A stretch of DNA of 64,000 nt from Limnochordia bacterium (GTDB lineage Bacteria > Bacillota > Limnochordia > DTU080): NCBI GenBank assembly GCA_050951545.1, contig JBMNJG010000005.1, positions 195,742-259,741 of the forward strand, given 5' to 3'. Position 1 is the stretch's first letter; every line of letters starts with the position of its first letter. Of this stretch, positions 48,316 to 59,815 are shown one piece after another. The position numbers and the translations under genes are program-made. Under the pieces are notes generated by a model, which saw only the letters and a list, made by a program, of their open reading frames with translations, was not told the origin of the DNA and ran no database searches.

Positions 48316-48636
48316 GAAGGCCCCAATGATGTCGCCGCCAGGCCCGGTCGGGTGACTCCCTTCTTCTTTCTCAGGCCAGCAATCTCCTCACCGATGCCTA
48401 CATCGCTCATATGCTGATCACCTCCGTGATTCTGAGGCTGGGCCCCGCAGCCGTGATGCCAGCATACTATCGGAGCGCAGTCGATAGCAACAGAGCGGGC
48501 ATTGATTGCGGCGAAGGTCATTCGATACGCGCATACACGATCAACCAGCGGTTGAGCATCTCGCATCGTCACTCAGATCCCCAAAGCCTCACGCATCCCC
48601 GCTAAGAGGTCGCATAATAGCCCTGACAAAGCCTGA

Positions 48637-48661
48637 GCGCCCCCTGCGGGGCGCCCTTTGT
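48637..48661 (-). terminator. Terminator hairpin downstream of the V-ATPase operon
   Basis: gcgcccc-ctgc-ggggcgc with flanking T/A-runs. Confidence 0.55.
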
Positions 48662-48674
48662 TAGCGACCTAGGC

Positions 48675-49304
48675 CTACTGACCCATCTGTTTCACTTTCA
48701 TCAGCCGCGTGATGTTCGCTCGTTCAGCTTCATCGAGCTTCATGGTGATGTACCTTATCGATTCCTGCAGCTGCGGGATCAGCACATACTCCAAGGCATT
48801 CACTCGCCTACGGGTTCTCTGCAGCTCTACCGCCAGCAGCTCTGCGGCCTTCTCCAGCTCTGCCAAACGCAACAAATCCGGCATGGCAACACTCAGCGCC
48901 TTGATTGCCGCATCCAAGTCTGCTGGTGTGTGTGCTGGGCCGTAGGGATAGTGATCTGCTTCTCCCCCAACGCTCTCCCACGAGTGATCAAAGCGAGCAA
49001 TCGGCACACCAACCAGCGCGTCCTCTCGCACGTGCACGTCAAGCTTCTGCTTCGGGAAAAGAAGCGCCTCCTCAATGACTGCAGGAGAAGCCGTCGCAGT
49101 GGCCATCACCATCGAGGTACTGACCTTCTCCAGCTGCGCTTCAACCTTCACACGCAGATCTCGGCTCTCCCACACCAGCTCGAGAAAGCGCCGCATCAAC
49201 TCATCATGCTTATCCTTTAGCAGCTTGTGCCCCCGCTCGGCTGTCTTCAGACGAGATCTGAGGCGCAGTAGCTGCATCCGGTTAGGGTTGACCCGCGTCT
49301 GCAT
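48675..49304 (-). CDS. atpD: V-type ATP synthase subunit D
   Basis: Coiled-coil rotor-stalk protein with typical NtpD N-terminus (MQLLRLRSRLKTAERGHKLLKDK). Confidence 0.85.
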   Translation of the reverse strand: MQTRVNPNRMQLLRLRSRLKTAERGHKLLKDKHDELMRRFLELVWESRDLRVKVEAQLEKVSTSMVMATATASPAVIEEALLFPKQKLDVHVREDALVGVPIARFDHSWESVGGEADHYPYGPAHTPADLDAAIKALSVAMPDLLRLAELEKAAELLAVELQRTRRRVNALEYVLIPQLQESIRYITMKLDEAERANITRLMKVKQMGQ

Positions 49305-49308
49305 CGGT

Positions 49309-50697
49309 CTACTCTTCCTTTGACTCAGCCTGTGTGGGCAGATACTTATCTAAGAATGCATCTCGGATTCTCTTCAGTTCTTGTCGCGGCAACATGCTTA
49401 GCAGCTCCCAACCCAAATCCAATGTCGCCTCAATGGACCGATTCTCGCCTAGTCCCTGGCTGACGTAGCGCGCCTCAAAGGCATCGGCAAACTTAGCTAG
49501 CAGCTTGTCTGTGTCCGTCAAAGCCGCTTCGCCTAAAATCACCGCCAACTCCTTTGCCTCCTTGCCTGTAGCATAGGCGGCATAGAGTTGGTTCATCGTA
49601 TCCGCATGGTCCTCGCGCGTCTTGCCTGCGCCAATCCCCTTGTCTTTCAGACGCGACAGAGACGGCAGCACATCCACGGGTGGATAGATCCCTTTCCGGT
49701 GCAGCTCACGGCTGAGGATTATCTGACCCTCCGTAATGTACCCAGTAAGGTCGGGTATCGGATGTGTCTTGTCGTCCTCAGGCATTGTGAGGATGGGTAT
49801 CTGTGTGATCGAGCCTTGGCGACCTTTCACTCGGCCAGCCCGCTCGTACAGAGTCGCTAGGTCTGTATACAGATAGCCCGGATAGCCCCGCCGACCAGGA
49901 ACCTCGCGCCGAGCAGCGGATACCTCACGCAGGGCCTCGCAGTAGTTGGTCATGTCCGTCAGGATCACCAAGACATGCATGTCGAGCTCAAAAGCCAAGT
50001 ACTCCGCACAGGTCAAAGCTACCCGTGGCGTGGCGATACGTTCGATCGCCGGGTCGTCCGCCAGGTTCAGAAAGACCACAGAGCGTTCCAGCGAGCCTGC
50101 AGCCCGGAAATCCTCAACAAAGAAGCTCGCCTCTTCAAACGTGATGCCCATCGCCCCAAAGACCACAGCAAAGCGCTCATCAGTACCTAACACCCGCGCC
50201 TGCCTGGCAATCTGAGCCGCCAGCTGAGCATGTGGCAGGCCCGAGGCCGAGAAGATTGGCAGCTTCTGCCCCCGTACCAGCGTGTTTAACCCGTCAATCG
50301 TCGAGATCCCGGTCTGGATAAACTCATCGGGGTAATCTCGTGCATAGGGATTGAGTGGCAGACCATTGATATCAAGCCGCTTAACTGCTACGGGACGTGG
50401 GGTGTCCCCGCGTGGTTGTCCCAGCCCAGTATAGACGCCGCCCAGCATCTCTGGCGATACCGCCAACTCGATTCCCCTGCCCAGAAAGCGCACGCGGGTA
50501 GCCTTGGGGTTGATCCCAGACGACCCCTCGAAAAGCTGGACTAAGGCTGTCGTGTCTTCCACCTCGAGCACACGGCCACGCCGCACTTCCCCATTGGTGT
50601 CAATCTCCACCAGCTCTTCAAATGTGACACCGTCAACCCCCTCCACCAGCATCAGGGGCCCAGCGACTTCACGCACATTTCGATACTCTCTAAGCAA
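49309..50697 (-). CDS. atpB: V-type ATP synthase subunit B
   Basis: Non-catalytic nucleotide-binding subunit; [20 protein letters not shown]-type blocks. Confidence 0.9.
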   Translation of the reverse strand: MLREYRNVREVAGPLMLVEGVDGVTFEELVEIDTNGEVRRGRVLEVEDTTALVQLFEGSSGINPKATRVRFLGRGIELAVSPEMLGGVYTGLGQPRGDTPRPVAVKRLDINGLPLNPYARDYPDEFIQTGISTIDGLNTLVRGQKLPIFSASGLPHAQLAAQIARQARVLGTDERFAVVFGAMGITFEEASFFVEDFRAAGSLERSVVFLNLADDPAIERIATPRVALTCAEYLAFELDMHVLVILTDMTNYCEALREVSAARREVPGRRGYPGYLYTDLATLYERAGRVKGRQGSITQIPILTMPEDDKTHPIPDLTGYITEGQIILSRELHRKGIYPPVDVLPSLSRLKDKGIGAGKTREDHADTMNQLYAAYATGKEAKELAVILGEAALTDTDKLLAKFADAFEARYVSQGLGENRSIEATLDLGWELLSMLPRQELKRIRDAFLDKYLPTQAESKEE

Positions 50698-52459
50698 CCT
50701 CTCCGCCTTCTCCCTTCACGGCTGCCACCTGCTTTGTGATGTCGGTATGAAGGGTGGCAAAGGCAGCCTCATCGTTTTCCTCTAGGTACTTCGCCCTGGC
50801 AATGGCCTCTCGCACTGGTAGATGCAACAGCTTCTCCAGGCGCACCCCTTGAGCCAGCGCTTCCCGCGCCTCGTGATACCAGGCCAAGATCACTTTGAGC
50901 ATCCGTATCTGTTTCTCTAAGGACGTGTAGGTATCAACCTCATGAAAGGCGTTCTGGTGCAGGAAGTCCTCGCGAATGGACTTGGCTGCCTCTAGCACGA
51001 GTCGATCCTCGGCAGAAAGGGCATCAATGCCGATCAATCGCACAATCTCATCAAGCGAAGATTCCTCTTGCAGAAGGGCCATGCCCTGCTGACGCATGGT
51101 CACTGGCTCTTCCCCGTAGTGCTCCCTTAGGTACGTATCGATACGATCCAGATACAGTGAATAGCTGTTCAACCAGTTGATGGCCGGAAAGTGGCGCCTC
51201 GCAGCAAGTTTGTCATCGAGACCCCAGAACACCTTGACCACTCGTAGCGTGTTCTGAGTAACTGGCTCAGAAAGGTCACCGCCGGGCGGAGACACAGCAC
51301 CAACCACTGTCAGGGTGCCAGTGCGGTCTCCTACGATGCGAGCTCTGCCCGCTCGTTCGTAGAAGTCGGCGAGACGTGAGCCCAGGTAGGCCGGGTAACC
51401 CTCTTCTCCCGGCATCTCCTCGAGGCGACCTGACATCTCACGTAAGGCTTCTGCCCACCGTGATGTGGAGTCGGCCATAAGGGCCACAGAGTAGCCCATA
51501 TCCCGATAGTACTCGGCAATGGTAATGCCAGTGTACACAGACGCCTCGCGGGCTGCCACTGGCATGTCCGAGGTGTTGGCGATAAGTACAGTGCGCCTCA
51601 TCAGTGGTTCGCCAGACTTCGGGTCTTCCAGCTGCGGAAACTCCACCAAGACATCCGTCATCTCGTTGCCGCGTTCGCCACAGCCTACATACACGACGAT
51701 GTCGGCGTCCGCCCACTTGGCCAGCTGATGCTGCACGACGGTCTTGCCAGAGCCGAAAGGACCCGGCACGCACGCAGCCCCCCCCTTGGCCACAGGAAAG
51801 AAAGTGTCGATGATGCGTTGACCAGTGACCAGTGGCTCCGACGGGGCCAGCTTCTCAGCCACTGGCCGGCTTCGGCGCACAGGCCAGCGCTGCAACATCA
51901 CGATCGGCTCCCTTTCGCCGTTGGGGCGCTCCAACTCAGCGATGGGCTCGGTAATGGTGAAATCGCCTTCCTTGATTGCGGCAATCTTGCCCTGCATGCC
52001 TTGTGGGACCATGACCCGATGCTCCACAATACTGGTCTCTTGCACAGTGCCCAGGATGTCGCCTGAGGCCACCTCATCGCCCGGTTTCACGCAAGGAGTA
52101 AACCCCCAGCGGCGTTCGCGATCGAGTTGTACAACAGAAATGCCCCTGTGGATACGATCGCCGAAGTGATCACGCAGAGCTGACAACGGGCGTTGGATAC
52201 CGTCAAAGATAGACTCCATAAGTCCCGGACCCAGCTCTGCCGAAAGAGGCTCTCCAGTGGTGATCACTAGCTCACCGGGCCCCAAACCCGCCGTCTCTTC
52301 ATACACCTGAATACTCACGCGCTCGCCGCGAATCTCAATAACCTCTCCGATCAGGCCCGCCTCGCTGACACGGCACACGTCGTACATCCTTGCCTCGGGA
52401 AGGCCTTCGGCAACTACCAGAGGTCCGGAGACTTTAACAATCCTGCCACCCATGTTCAT
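50690..52459 (-). CDS. atpA: V-type ATP synthase catalytic subunit A
   Basis: Walker A GPFGSGKT, non-homologous region, and the V/A-type specific insert. Confidence 0.9.
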   Translation of the reverse strand: MNMGGRIVKVSGPLVVAEGLPEARMYDVCRVSEAGLIGEVIEIRGERVSIQVYEETAGLGPGELVITTGEPLSAELGPGLMESIFDGIQRPLSALRDHFGDRIHRGISVVQLDRERRWGFTPCVKPGDEVASGDILGTVQETSIVEHRVMVPQGMQGKIAAIKEGDFTITEPIAELERPNGEREPIVMLQRWPVRRSRPVAEKLAPSEPLVTGQRIIDTFFPVAKGGAACVPGPFGSGKTVVQHQLAKWADADIVVYVGCGERGNEMTDVLVEFPQLEDPKSGEPLMRRTVLIANTSDMPVAAREASVYTGITIAEYYRDMGYSVALMADSTSRWAEALREMSGRLEEMPGEEGYPAYLGSRLADFYERAGRARIVGDRTGTLTVVGAVSPPGGDLSEPVTQNTLRVVKVFWGLDDKLAARRHFPAINWLNSYSLYLDRIDTYLREHYGEEPVTMRQQGMALLQEESSLDEIVRLIGIDALSAEDRLVLEAAKSIREDFLHQNAFHEVDTYTSLEKQIRMLKVILAWYHEAREALAQGVRLEKLLHLPVREAIARAKYLEENDEAAFATLHTDITKQVAAVKGEGGEVA

Positions 52460-52791
52460 TCCCCACTCCCAGGCAAAATGTCGACGCCCACAGCCTTCTC
52501 TGCCGCCCGGCGCATCTTTTCCATACCAATACCCAGACTGCCCTGGCTTCCCGGGATCAGCACAATGGCTGGCGAGGGCTGATCAGCATACTCATTGATG
52601 GTGTCGAGGATGTTGACAGCAGTCGCTTCAGCCACATACACAATAGCGTAATCCTTCTGCACGAGCCGCCGCAAAGCAGCGCGCGCCGCCTCCGAGTCCG
52701 AAACAGCTACTGCCTCACAGCCTAGCACCTTAAAACCCATCACGGAGGCCTTATCGCCAAGGACGGCGATCTTCTGTCTAGACATAATCAA
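52456..52791 (-). CDS. atpF: V-type ATP synthase subunit F
   Basis: 111-aa protein with KIAVLGD start typical of subunit F. Confidence 0.8.
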   Translation of the reverse strand: MIMSRQKIAVLGDKASVMGFKVLGCEAVAVSDSEAARAALRRLVQKDYAIVYVAEATAVNILDTINEYADQPSPAIVLIPGSQGSLGIGMEKMRRAAEKAVGVDILPGSGE

Positions 52792-53887
52792 TGCGCTCCC
52801 TCAGCTGCTCCTCGCTCAATCCTGCAGATTTTCCTACGAGGATGAGCCGGATGAGGCGTACCTCGCGCTCTTTGGCCATGAGATAGGCCCAGACAGCTCC
52901 CAGACCAAACGGCTGGAACCGCGCCAAGTCGAGGTGCCTCTGGAGAAACCGATCCATCAAACGCTCCATGCCGTAGAGGAGCCCCTCTTTCTGATAGGCT
53001 TGCCAGCCTTCCGCCAATAGTGGAGCATATGCCGTACCTACCAGCACCTGAGAAAGCGACTCATAGCGCTCCTGCGGTTCCTCAGCTTCGACGTAGGCCT
53101 TAAGAATGTGCTGCGAAGCAATAATGCCCCCTGGAAGCAGGGCGCGAGCAAGGCTATCCTCTGAGCGCCCCGCCACCGCGAAACGGACGTAAGTGCTGAG
53201 ATTTGTTACATCCGCAAAGCGCACGACCCAACCCCGAAGAAACACTGATTGGGGATGGTCAGTTAGGCTCATGAGGTACTGCTGGTAAAGCGCATCCACT
53301 GCATGGTCTATCTCCTCTGGAGCCTCGTAGAGCCGATAGGCACTTACCGCCGCCCGTGCTGCTCGAAGCAGGTGCGCCTTGAGCTCCTTGGAGTCAGTGA
53401 CATCGTCAGCATCCGTCTCGAGCTCTTCTTCTATGGCCCGACGTGCAGTCTCTTGCAGCCATGCGCGTTCCACGGATGTCCATAGTGGCAGAAGCCTGTC
53501 GTCAACAGTCTCCTGCTGAAAACCTGCCTTCAGCAGCATCTTGAGCGCCAGAAAGGCATACCGCGCCACCCACATCCTCAGAAGTTCTGACTGCGGAGCA
53601 AAGGACGTAACCGAGGCGTAAACCCGCTGCAACTCAGCGGAGAGCATCAGCTCATAGTCGTCAGTTTCCTCCATGGTAGCCATAGCCGAGGCATACTCTG
53701 TATCGGCAAGGACACGCAAACCCGCATGTACGCTTGGCGCAGTGAGCAAGCGCTCAACATCGCCTCTACTGAGCATGCGTTGCTCGAGCATGCGCACCCT
53801 AGCGCTTGCATAGGCAAAAGGCACATCCGCCGTATTGCTCATCTGTATAGCTTGAGAGCCAGCAAGCACAAACCTGCCCCCTAGCAC
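52778..53887 (-). CDS. atpC: V-type ATP synthase subunit C (d)
   Basis: About 370-aa all-helical protein in canonical position between E and F. Confidence 0.75.
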   Translation of the reverse strand: MLGGRFVLAGSQAIQMSNTADVPFAYASARVRMLEQRMLSRGDVERLLTAPSVHAGLRVLADTEYASAMATMEETDDYELMLSAELQRVYASVTSFAPQSELLRMWVARYAFLALKMLLKAGFQQETVDDRLLPLWTSVERAWLQETARRAIEEELETDADDVTDSKELKAHLLRAARAAVSAYRLYEAPEEIDHAVDALYQQYLMSLTDHPQSVFLRGWVVRFADVTNLSTYVRFAVAGRSEDSLARALLPGGIIASQHILKAYVEAEEPQERYESLSQVLVGTAYAPLLAEGWQAYQKEGLLYGMERLMDRFLQRHLDLARFQPFGLGAVWAYLMAKEREVRLIRLILVGKSAGLSEEQLRERIDYV

Positions 53888-53905
53888 GTACTGGAAAAGC
53901 CTACC

Positions 53906-54517
53906 CTAACGGTCGTTCTCAAAGAGAACCCGCGCTATCTCCGGCTCGAGCAGTTCACCTGCGTTAGCCAGCAAGCGCTCCAGCGAGGCATCTACCTCGA
54001 AGTCGGCTCCAATAAGCCTGAAGCCCCCCGACATGAAGCCCGCATCAGGTGCTATACGAAGCCGAATGTGATAGCCTTTGGCTATCAACGCCGTTTCTAC
54101 CTTGCGCAAGAGGTCGTCTCCAAAACGGGAGCGATCTCTCTCGTTGAGTACCACATGGGCCTCGCCTTGATGAGGTACAGCTTCCTGCAAGAGTTTAACC
54201 AAGAAGTCCCGATAGCGCTCTTCGGGCAACTCCTCTAGCATGACACCAGCTCTACGCATCGCCTCATCAGCAAGTTCGGCCTTAGCGCTCACACTGATGC
54301 GTCGCCGCATCAGTCTCGCCTCAGCTTCCGTGCGGCGGTGAAGCTCCTCAATCTCCTGATCTACACCAGCGAGAATCTCTGCCTTGACTTCCTCAGCCTT
54401 GTTCCGGGCAGCAGCCTCGATGGCAGCCACCTTGCCCTCCGTGTCGGTCCGGATGACCTCGATCTCGGCAGTGGCTTCCTCCTGCAGCGTCTCTCTCAGT
54501 CTCTTCAGGCTGAACAT
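53906..54517 (-). CDS. atpE: V-type ATP synthase subunit E
   Basis: About 200 aa, N-terminal long charged coiled coil. Confidence 0.75.
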   Translation of the reverse strand: MFSLKRLRETLQEEATAEIEVIRTDTEGKVAAIEAAARNKAEEVKAEILAGVDQEIEELHRRTEAEARLMRRRISVSAKAELADEAMRRAGVMLEELPEERYRDFLVKLLQEAVPHQGEAHVVLNERDRSRFGDDLLRKVETALIAKGYHIRLRIAPDAGFMSGGFRLIGADFEVDASLERLLANAGELLEPEIARVLFENDR

Positions 54518-54537
54518 AAACCTATCCTCTCACAGCT

Positions 54538-55029
<492 letters not shown>

Positions 55030-55066
55030 TTATGGTCGGGCGCCCATGCGTGTGCTCCCCGATGAC

Positions 55067-57068
55067 CTACTTTTTCGAAGGTGTTGCTACATCTGGTTGT
55101 ACGACCAAGAAACGATGTCGCTCCGACAGCGGCTTGAATGGCTTTCCCCCTGCCTCCAAGAATTTGGTGAAAAACTCCACATACTGCAACCTGCTGGAGT
55201 GCACATAAGCACTGATCAGGTTAATGAGCAGATTCAGGAGATGTCCCACTACCAACAGGGCAATGGTGAGGATCCAGCCGAGAAACGGTATGGCGAACAA
55301 CCGGCGACCCATGTCGTTGATGACCATGCCAATAACTCCACCTGCCATTCCCAGTGCCAACAGGCGGGAGTACGACAAGGCATCGGACATATAGCCACTC
55401 ACCCCGTACAGAGAGAGCAAGCCAGACAACAGACGCTTGATCGGGTTCCTCTCACGTCGCCCTTGCGTCAGGACCAAACCTGCCGCCCCTCCAATCGCCA
55501 GATAACGAGCGACAAGGCCAGCATGCGGCCACTGGGGCAGGTAGCCAGCCACCAGGAGTAGCACCAGTCCTGTAAGAAAGACGAGCCACAAACCCTGATC
55601 GCAGATAGCGTCGAACAGATGACCCTTTCGAATTGAGTCATAGCCCTTAATGGCCAAGCCCGCGAAGATCTGAATCACACCCAAGCCAATGGAGAGGACC
55701 AGCAGGGGAAGAGGATTCTCCATGGGGCTAAACCAAAGAGGCGGTATACCCAGCAGGTCACCAAACCAAGACCCCGTAAGCGCTCCGGCGACCACAGTGG
55801 AGATACCGCAGATAGCGAGCATGTGCATCAGCTGCAACCCTAGACCCACCGCATTGGCCCGCTCTGGCCAACCAGAGGCTCAGTATGCTAAGCACGATGC
55901 CATAGCCTGCGTCCCCGAGAGCCAAGCCAAAAAAGATGAAGAAAAACGGCGCCAAAAAGGGTGTCGGATCCAGAGCGCCTGGCTGGGGCAGACCAGCCAC
56001 GCGCGTTACCACCTCAAAGGGCCGAATAACGCGTGGGTTCTCAATATCCACGGGATGCGGCTCATCAGGGCCAGGCGGCTCATCTTCCACCACAATTGCC
56101 GGAGACACCTCAGACATAGCCAAGCGCAGGCTCTCGATATCACGAAGGCGCGCCCAGCCACGCATCACGAATAGGCGTGAAGTGTAGCCCAAAAGGCTTT
56201 TCGTCTCCTCGCGCTCAATATGGTTGCGCAGTTCATCTTCTCTGGCATAAAGAGCCAACCGCTCTTCCACCAGCGTGCTGACAGCGCTAATAGCCTCTTC
56301 CTGCTCTGCGGCGATCGTCTGTAACCGCTTCTCGAGCGAAACGATCGTCTCCGCTACTGTTGAAGTGGTGGACGGCAGCACCGCAGGTGTCCAATTCACG
56401 TCTCGCAGTGACGCCTGCAGCTGTTCTTCATACTTTCGTGGATAGTACAAGAGTATGGAGATGCCATCGCGCGATTCGGCGATCACCTCATAGCCTGCCG
56501 CAGGAGTAACCGCCTCTAGTTCCTGAGCAAACTCCTGTGCATTGTTTACTGCTATCTCACCCAGCTGCACGCGAAACAGTTGGGTATCCGAGACCTCAGC
56601 AACAGCAACATCCAAAGCCTGCCAAGGGCTTAACGCCTCGAGATCCTCAAGTATGGTGCTGTATTTCACCTGGAGCCTTCGGAGTCTCTCTTTGAGCTCT
56701 TGCGCCTGGGACACAGAGGTCGCGGTATGCTCGCCTGACCCCGCCCAGCGCCGGTACTCGTTTTCCTCAACCGCATAGCGGACGCCTGCAAAAGTCTCAA
56801 TGACTCCCCTAGGCGCTCGGAAATGCTGATCCAGCAAGTCGAGTGCTGAGCGCACCCGCGCCGCTTGCTCCTCCAATTGCACAAAGGAGTTGCCGCTTGG
56901 TGGGGAATCCGTGAACAGTGTAGTGCCCTCGGGCGAAAGGGTCTCCGCAACGTCATCAACCTGCAGCACCTCGAGGCGCTGCAGCGTAGACATGACCGAA
57001 TCCAGCAGCGATTGGTGACCGACAATGGTCACCCGGCGCATCTCAGCTACTGCCATTGTCGCCAACAA
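55067..57068 (-). pseudogene. atpI: V-type ATP synthase subunit I (a), split into two overlapping frames (55758..57068 and 55067..55849), an apparent single-base frameshift
   Basis: N-terminal cytoplasmic half and C-terminal membrane half are in different frames and overlap by about 90 nt. A single-G indel model restores one continuous protein (...WLARA|ANAVGLGLQLMHML...). Confidence 0.7.
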
Positions 57069-57369
57069 CCCTCTCTACAACCAGTCTAGCCGCCTGTAGT
57101 ACTCGCGCTTCTGCCTGCTGTTTCATGGTGTGTGCCTGCTCTTGGGCTTGGGCTTGCGCCTCAGCCAGGCGTGTCTGTGCCTCTGCCTGTGCAGCCGCCA
57201 GCCGTCGCTTACCTTCGGCCTGAGCCTCACCGCGAGCGGCAGCCACGTGGGCAGCAGCCTCTTCTTCGGCCTTTGCCAGCGCCTCAGCTGCCTGGCGCTT
57301 GGCCTCCGCCACCTTTTCGAGCATCTCAGCCTCGGCTGCGCGAATGATTTGTAGAGTCTCCAGAGCCAT
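57043..57369 (-). CDS. V-type ATP synthase subunit G/H (peripheral stalk)
   Basis: Ala/Glu-rich coiled coil; GGAGG SD 9 nt upstream of the MALETLQ start; first gene of the operon. Confidence 0.7.
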   Translation of the reverse strand: MALETLQIIRAAEAEMLEKVAEAKRQAAEALAKAEEEAAAHVAAARGEAQAEGKRRLAAAQAEAQTRLAEAQAQAQEQAHTMKQQAEARVLQAARLVVERVVGDNGSS

Positions 57370-57499
57370 CCAGTAGTACCTCCGCACGGTAATTCCTCTG
57401 CCACTTCGAGGAGGATAAGTGATATCCTCCCTTGAGACCGGGATTTCTCAGGTGATCTCCCACCCTCAGTCACACTGTATAGCAGGAGGCCTGCTGCGC

Positions 57500-58639
57500 T
57501 CACACGTAGGATCCCAGCCTCTTGCCCAGCTCCACAAAGTGCCGGAACTGCTCCAGACTCACACTCTGCGGCACGGAGTGATCAGAGCCTAACACGTAAC
57601 CGCCTCCCACTTTCATAGCCGGGATCACCTGCTCCATCTGCTTCCAAAGCACTTCTGGTTGGTCAAACAAGGCCGCGTTCAACCCTCCGTGAAAGGCTAG
57701 GCGGTCACCATACTGCCTCTTGAGAAGCAACGGGTCCATACCAGCCTTTACCTCTATCGGATTTAGCATGTCGATGCCAATCTCAATCAATTCAGGCACC
57801 AGCGGGTTGATGTTGCCACAAGAGTGCAGCTGGACTTTCACGCCACGGGCGTGCGCCCAATCAGCTGCCTTGCGGTGCACCGGTTTGAGTAGGTCACGAT
57901 ACATGGCCAGGGAGAAAAACTGCGTACCTTTATAACCCATATCATCGGGCCAGCGAATCTCGTCGAAGTGATACCCGGCCTCCCATACCATTTCGTAGAG
58001 GGCCAGATCCAGGTCCAGCTGATGGTTGAAGATATCCGTAAGCCACTCCGGATCAGATACCATGGAGAGAAGGACCCGCTCTGTACCCACCACCCAGGAG
58101 TGCGTAACATCAAAACCAAACCACAGATTCGCTGTAATCCAGTGGCCTTCTTTGCGCCACTGGCTGTAATACCGACGAAGCCGTTCCCAGTTCACACGAT
58201 CCCGGGTGGGTGTCATGCGTGCCTTGGCCTGCTCCCACGACGGGCGATCCATTATAGTGAAGTCAAGAAACTCGGGAACTCCCCCAGCATGAACCCAGTT
58301 ACGCATGGTGGCGCCCCACGCTGTTGTGTGCACCCGGTAGGCATCAGTCTGCTCAAGCGTTCTAACCTCGTAGCGAGGGCTATTGTCCACTCCAATGCTT
58401 GCGAACTTATCAAGACCAAAGTAGTCTGCAAAAGCCACGCGCTCTGGCATGCCTTCCCTGCGCCAGCGCTCGAGCGTAGCGTCCCAGGGAACGTCGGTGA
58501 TAGGCACCCGGTCAGCCTCCTGATGAGCATACATGCGACTCATCCGCTCATACGTCGACAACTCGCCCACTGTGTAGCCTCCCTCCCCAAAACTGAGGCT
58601 GCTAAGTGATCGCCAGCCACTGGTACACATACCCGGCAA
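57500..58639 (-). CDS. Uroporphyrinogen decarboxylase (URO-D)-like family protein (MtaA/CmuA-like methyltransferase fold)
   Basis: TIM-barrel URO-D-like blocks (HSCGNINPL...MLNPIE...FHGGLN). Confidence 0.55.
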   Translation of the reverse strand: MPGMCTSGWRSLSSLSFGEGGYTVGELSTYERMSRMYAHQEADRVPITDVPWDATLERWRREGMPERVAFADYFGLDKFASIGVDNSPRYEVRTLEQTDAYRVHTTAWGATMRNWVHAGGVPEFLDFTIMDRPSWEQAKARMTPTRDRVNWERLRRYYSQWRKEGHWITANLWFGFDVTHSWVVGTERVLLSMVSDPEWLTDIFNHQLDLDLALYEMVWEAGYHFDEIRWPDDMGYKGTQFFSLAMYRDLLKPVHRKAADWAHARGVKVQLHSCGNINPLVPELIEIGIDMLNPIEVKAGMDPLLLKRQYGDRLAFHGGLNAALFDQPEVLWKQMEQVIPAMKVGGGYVLGSDHSVPQSVSLEQFRHFVELGKRLGSYV

Positions 58640-59735
58640 TGATCGCCCCGCCCAGAGCTACGCTGTAGTAGAGAGTCAGGAAATTGGCCTGAAACAGCGT
58701 CCCCAAAATAAGCACTGTGGAGATGTTCGTCGCCGGACCCGTAAGGAAAAAGGCCAAAACTGCCCCGGGACTCATACCCATCTCAGCCAACACCTGCATC
58801 AAGGGGATGGCTGCTCCCCCACATGCGTACAGGGGGATCCCAGCTGCAGCAGCCAGCAGAATGGAAAAACGCGACGAAGCGCCGAAAACCCGCATGATCA
58901 GCGAGGGCGACATAAGCTCCCGCACAGCCGCCGAGACCACCAACGCCAGCAGAAAGTACCGACCAGCAAACTTGATCTGCATGCCGAAGTTGTACAACCA
59001 AGAGCGCGCGCTCTCTTTTCCCTGAAGTAATCCCTGGAATCTGCCGCTTCGTAGGCCGTCAAGTGACTTACGGTAGTGACGCAGAGGCACATCCACAGGC
59101 AATGCCTCCTGCTGCCGCAAATAGGCCGCAGGTTGACCCCACCGCTTCTCGCAGCGACCCGCTAGCCAGCCACCCACGATGGCCAGAGTGAAACTGGCCA
59201 CCATCCGCGCCACGGCCATCCCCAAGCCCATGCCACCTGCAGTCATCGCGAAGATGCCCGGATTAATCAAAGGTGAGCTGATCATAAAAGCAGCTACGGG
59301 CGCCAGAGGCGCTCCTTGACGCAACATGATCACCGCCAACGGGATTACGCTATAGGTGGCCAACGGTGAGATCACGCCAAGAATGGCTGCAAAGAGTACG
59401 CCGAGGCCCTGCATGCGCTGAAGGCTCTTGGCCAGCGAGGCTGGGGATAAAAACGTGGCAATGGCCGATGTGATGGCCAGCCCCATTACAAACCAGACCC
59501 AGAGTCGAGCCCCGAGCGTCCAGGCCCCGTACACAATCTGCCACGAACGCGTTTGCTCCACGATTCTGGCCCAGTACATCAACGACACTAATGCATCAGT
59601 CACCCATCTCATGACGGCCTTTTTCTCCTTTAACTGCGCCTGATCACACCGCCCCTGTTCGCCCTGAGTCCAGGCGGTTCCTCCGAGTATACGCCAGTGA
59701 TCTTGAGGAAACAGCTGGTAGATTGCCTTCGCCAA
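58602..59735 (-). CDS. Predicted permease (DUF318/ArsP-like family)
   Basis: Polytopic membrane protein with PLYACGGAAIP and TGPATNIST blocks typical of this family. Confidence 0.55.
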   Translation of the reverse strand: MAKAIYQLFPQDHWRILGGTAWTQGEQGRCDQAQLKEKKAVMRWVTDALVSLMYWARIVEQTRSWQIVYGAWTLGARLWVWFVMGLAITSAIATFLSPASLAKSLQRMQGLGVLFAAILGVISPLATYSVIPLAVIMLRQGAPLAPVAAFMISSPLINPGIFAMTAGGMGLGMAVARMVASFTLAIVGGWLAGRCEKRWGQPAAYLRQQEALPVDVPLRHYRKSLDGLRSGRFQGLLQGKESARSWLYNFGMQIKFAGRYFLLALVVSAAVRELMSPSLIMRVFGASSRFSILLAAAAGIPLYACGGAAIPLMQVLAEMGMSPGAVLAFFLTGPATNISTVLILGTLFQANFLTLYYSVALGGAIIAGYVYQWLAIT

Positions 59736-59815
59736 CAGAGCAGGTAGGCAGCCTTTTGCTGGCGTAATGTATGATGAAACCTGACAATAACAAGTGAAAG
59801 TGAGGCCAACCTAGC

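Noticed and set aside
47972-48355. 127-aa + strand ORF opposite the 47770..48315 gene
   Set aside because: Antisense to the better-supported gene, with no RBS or start context and no motifs.
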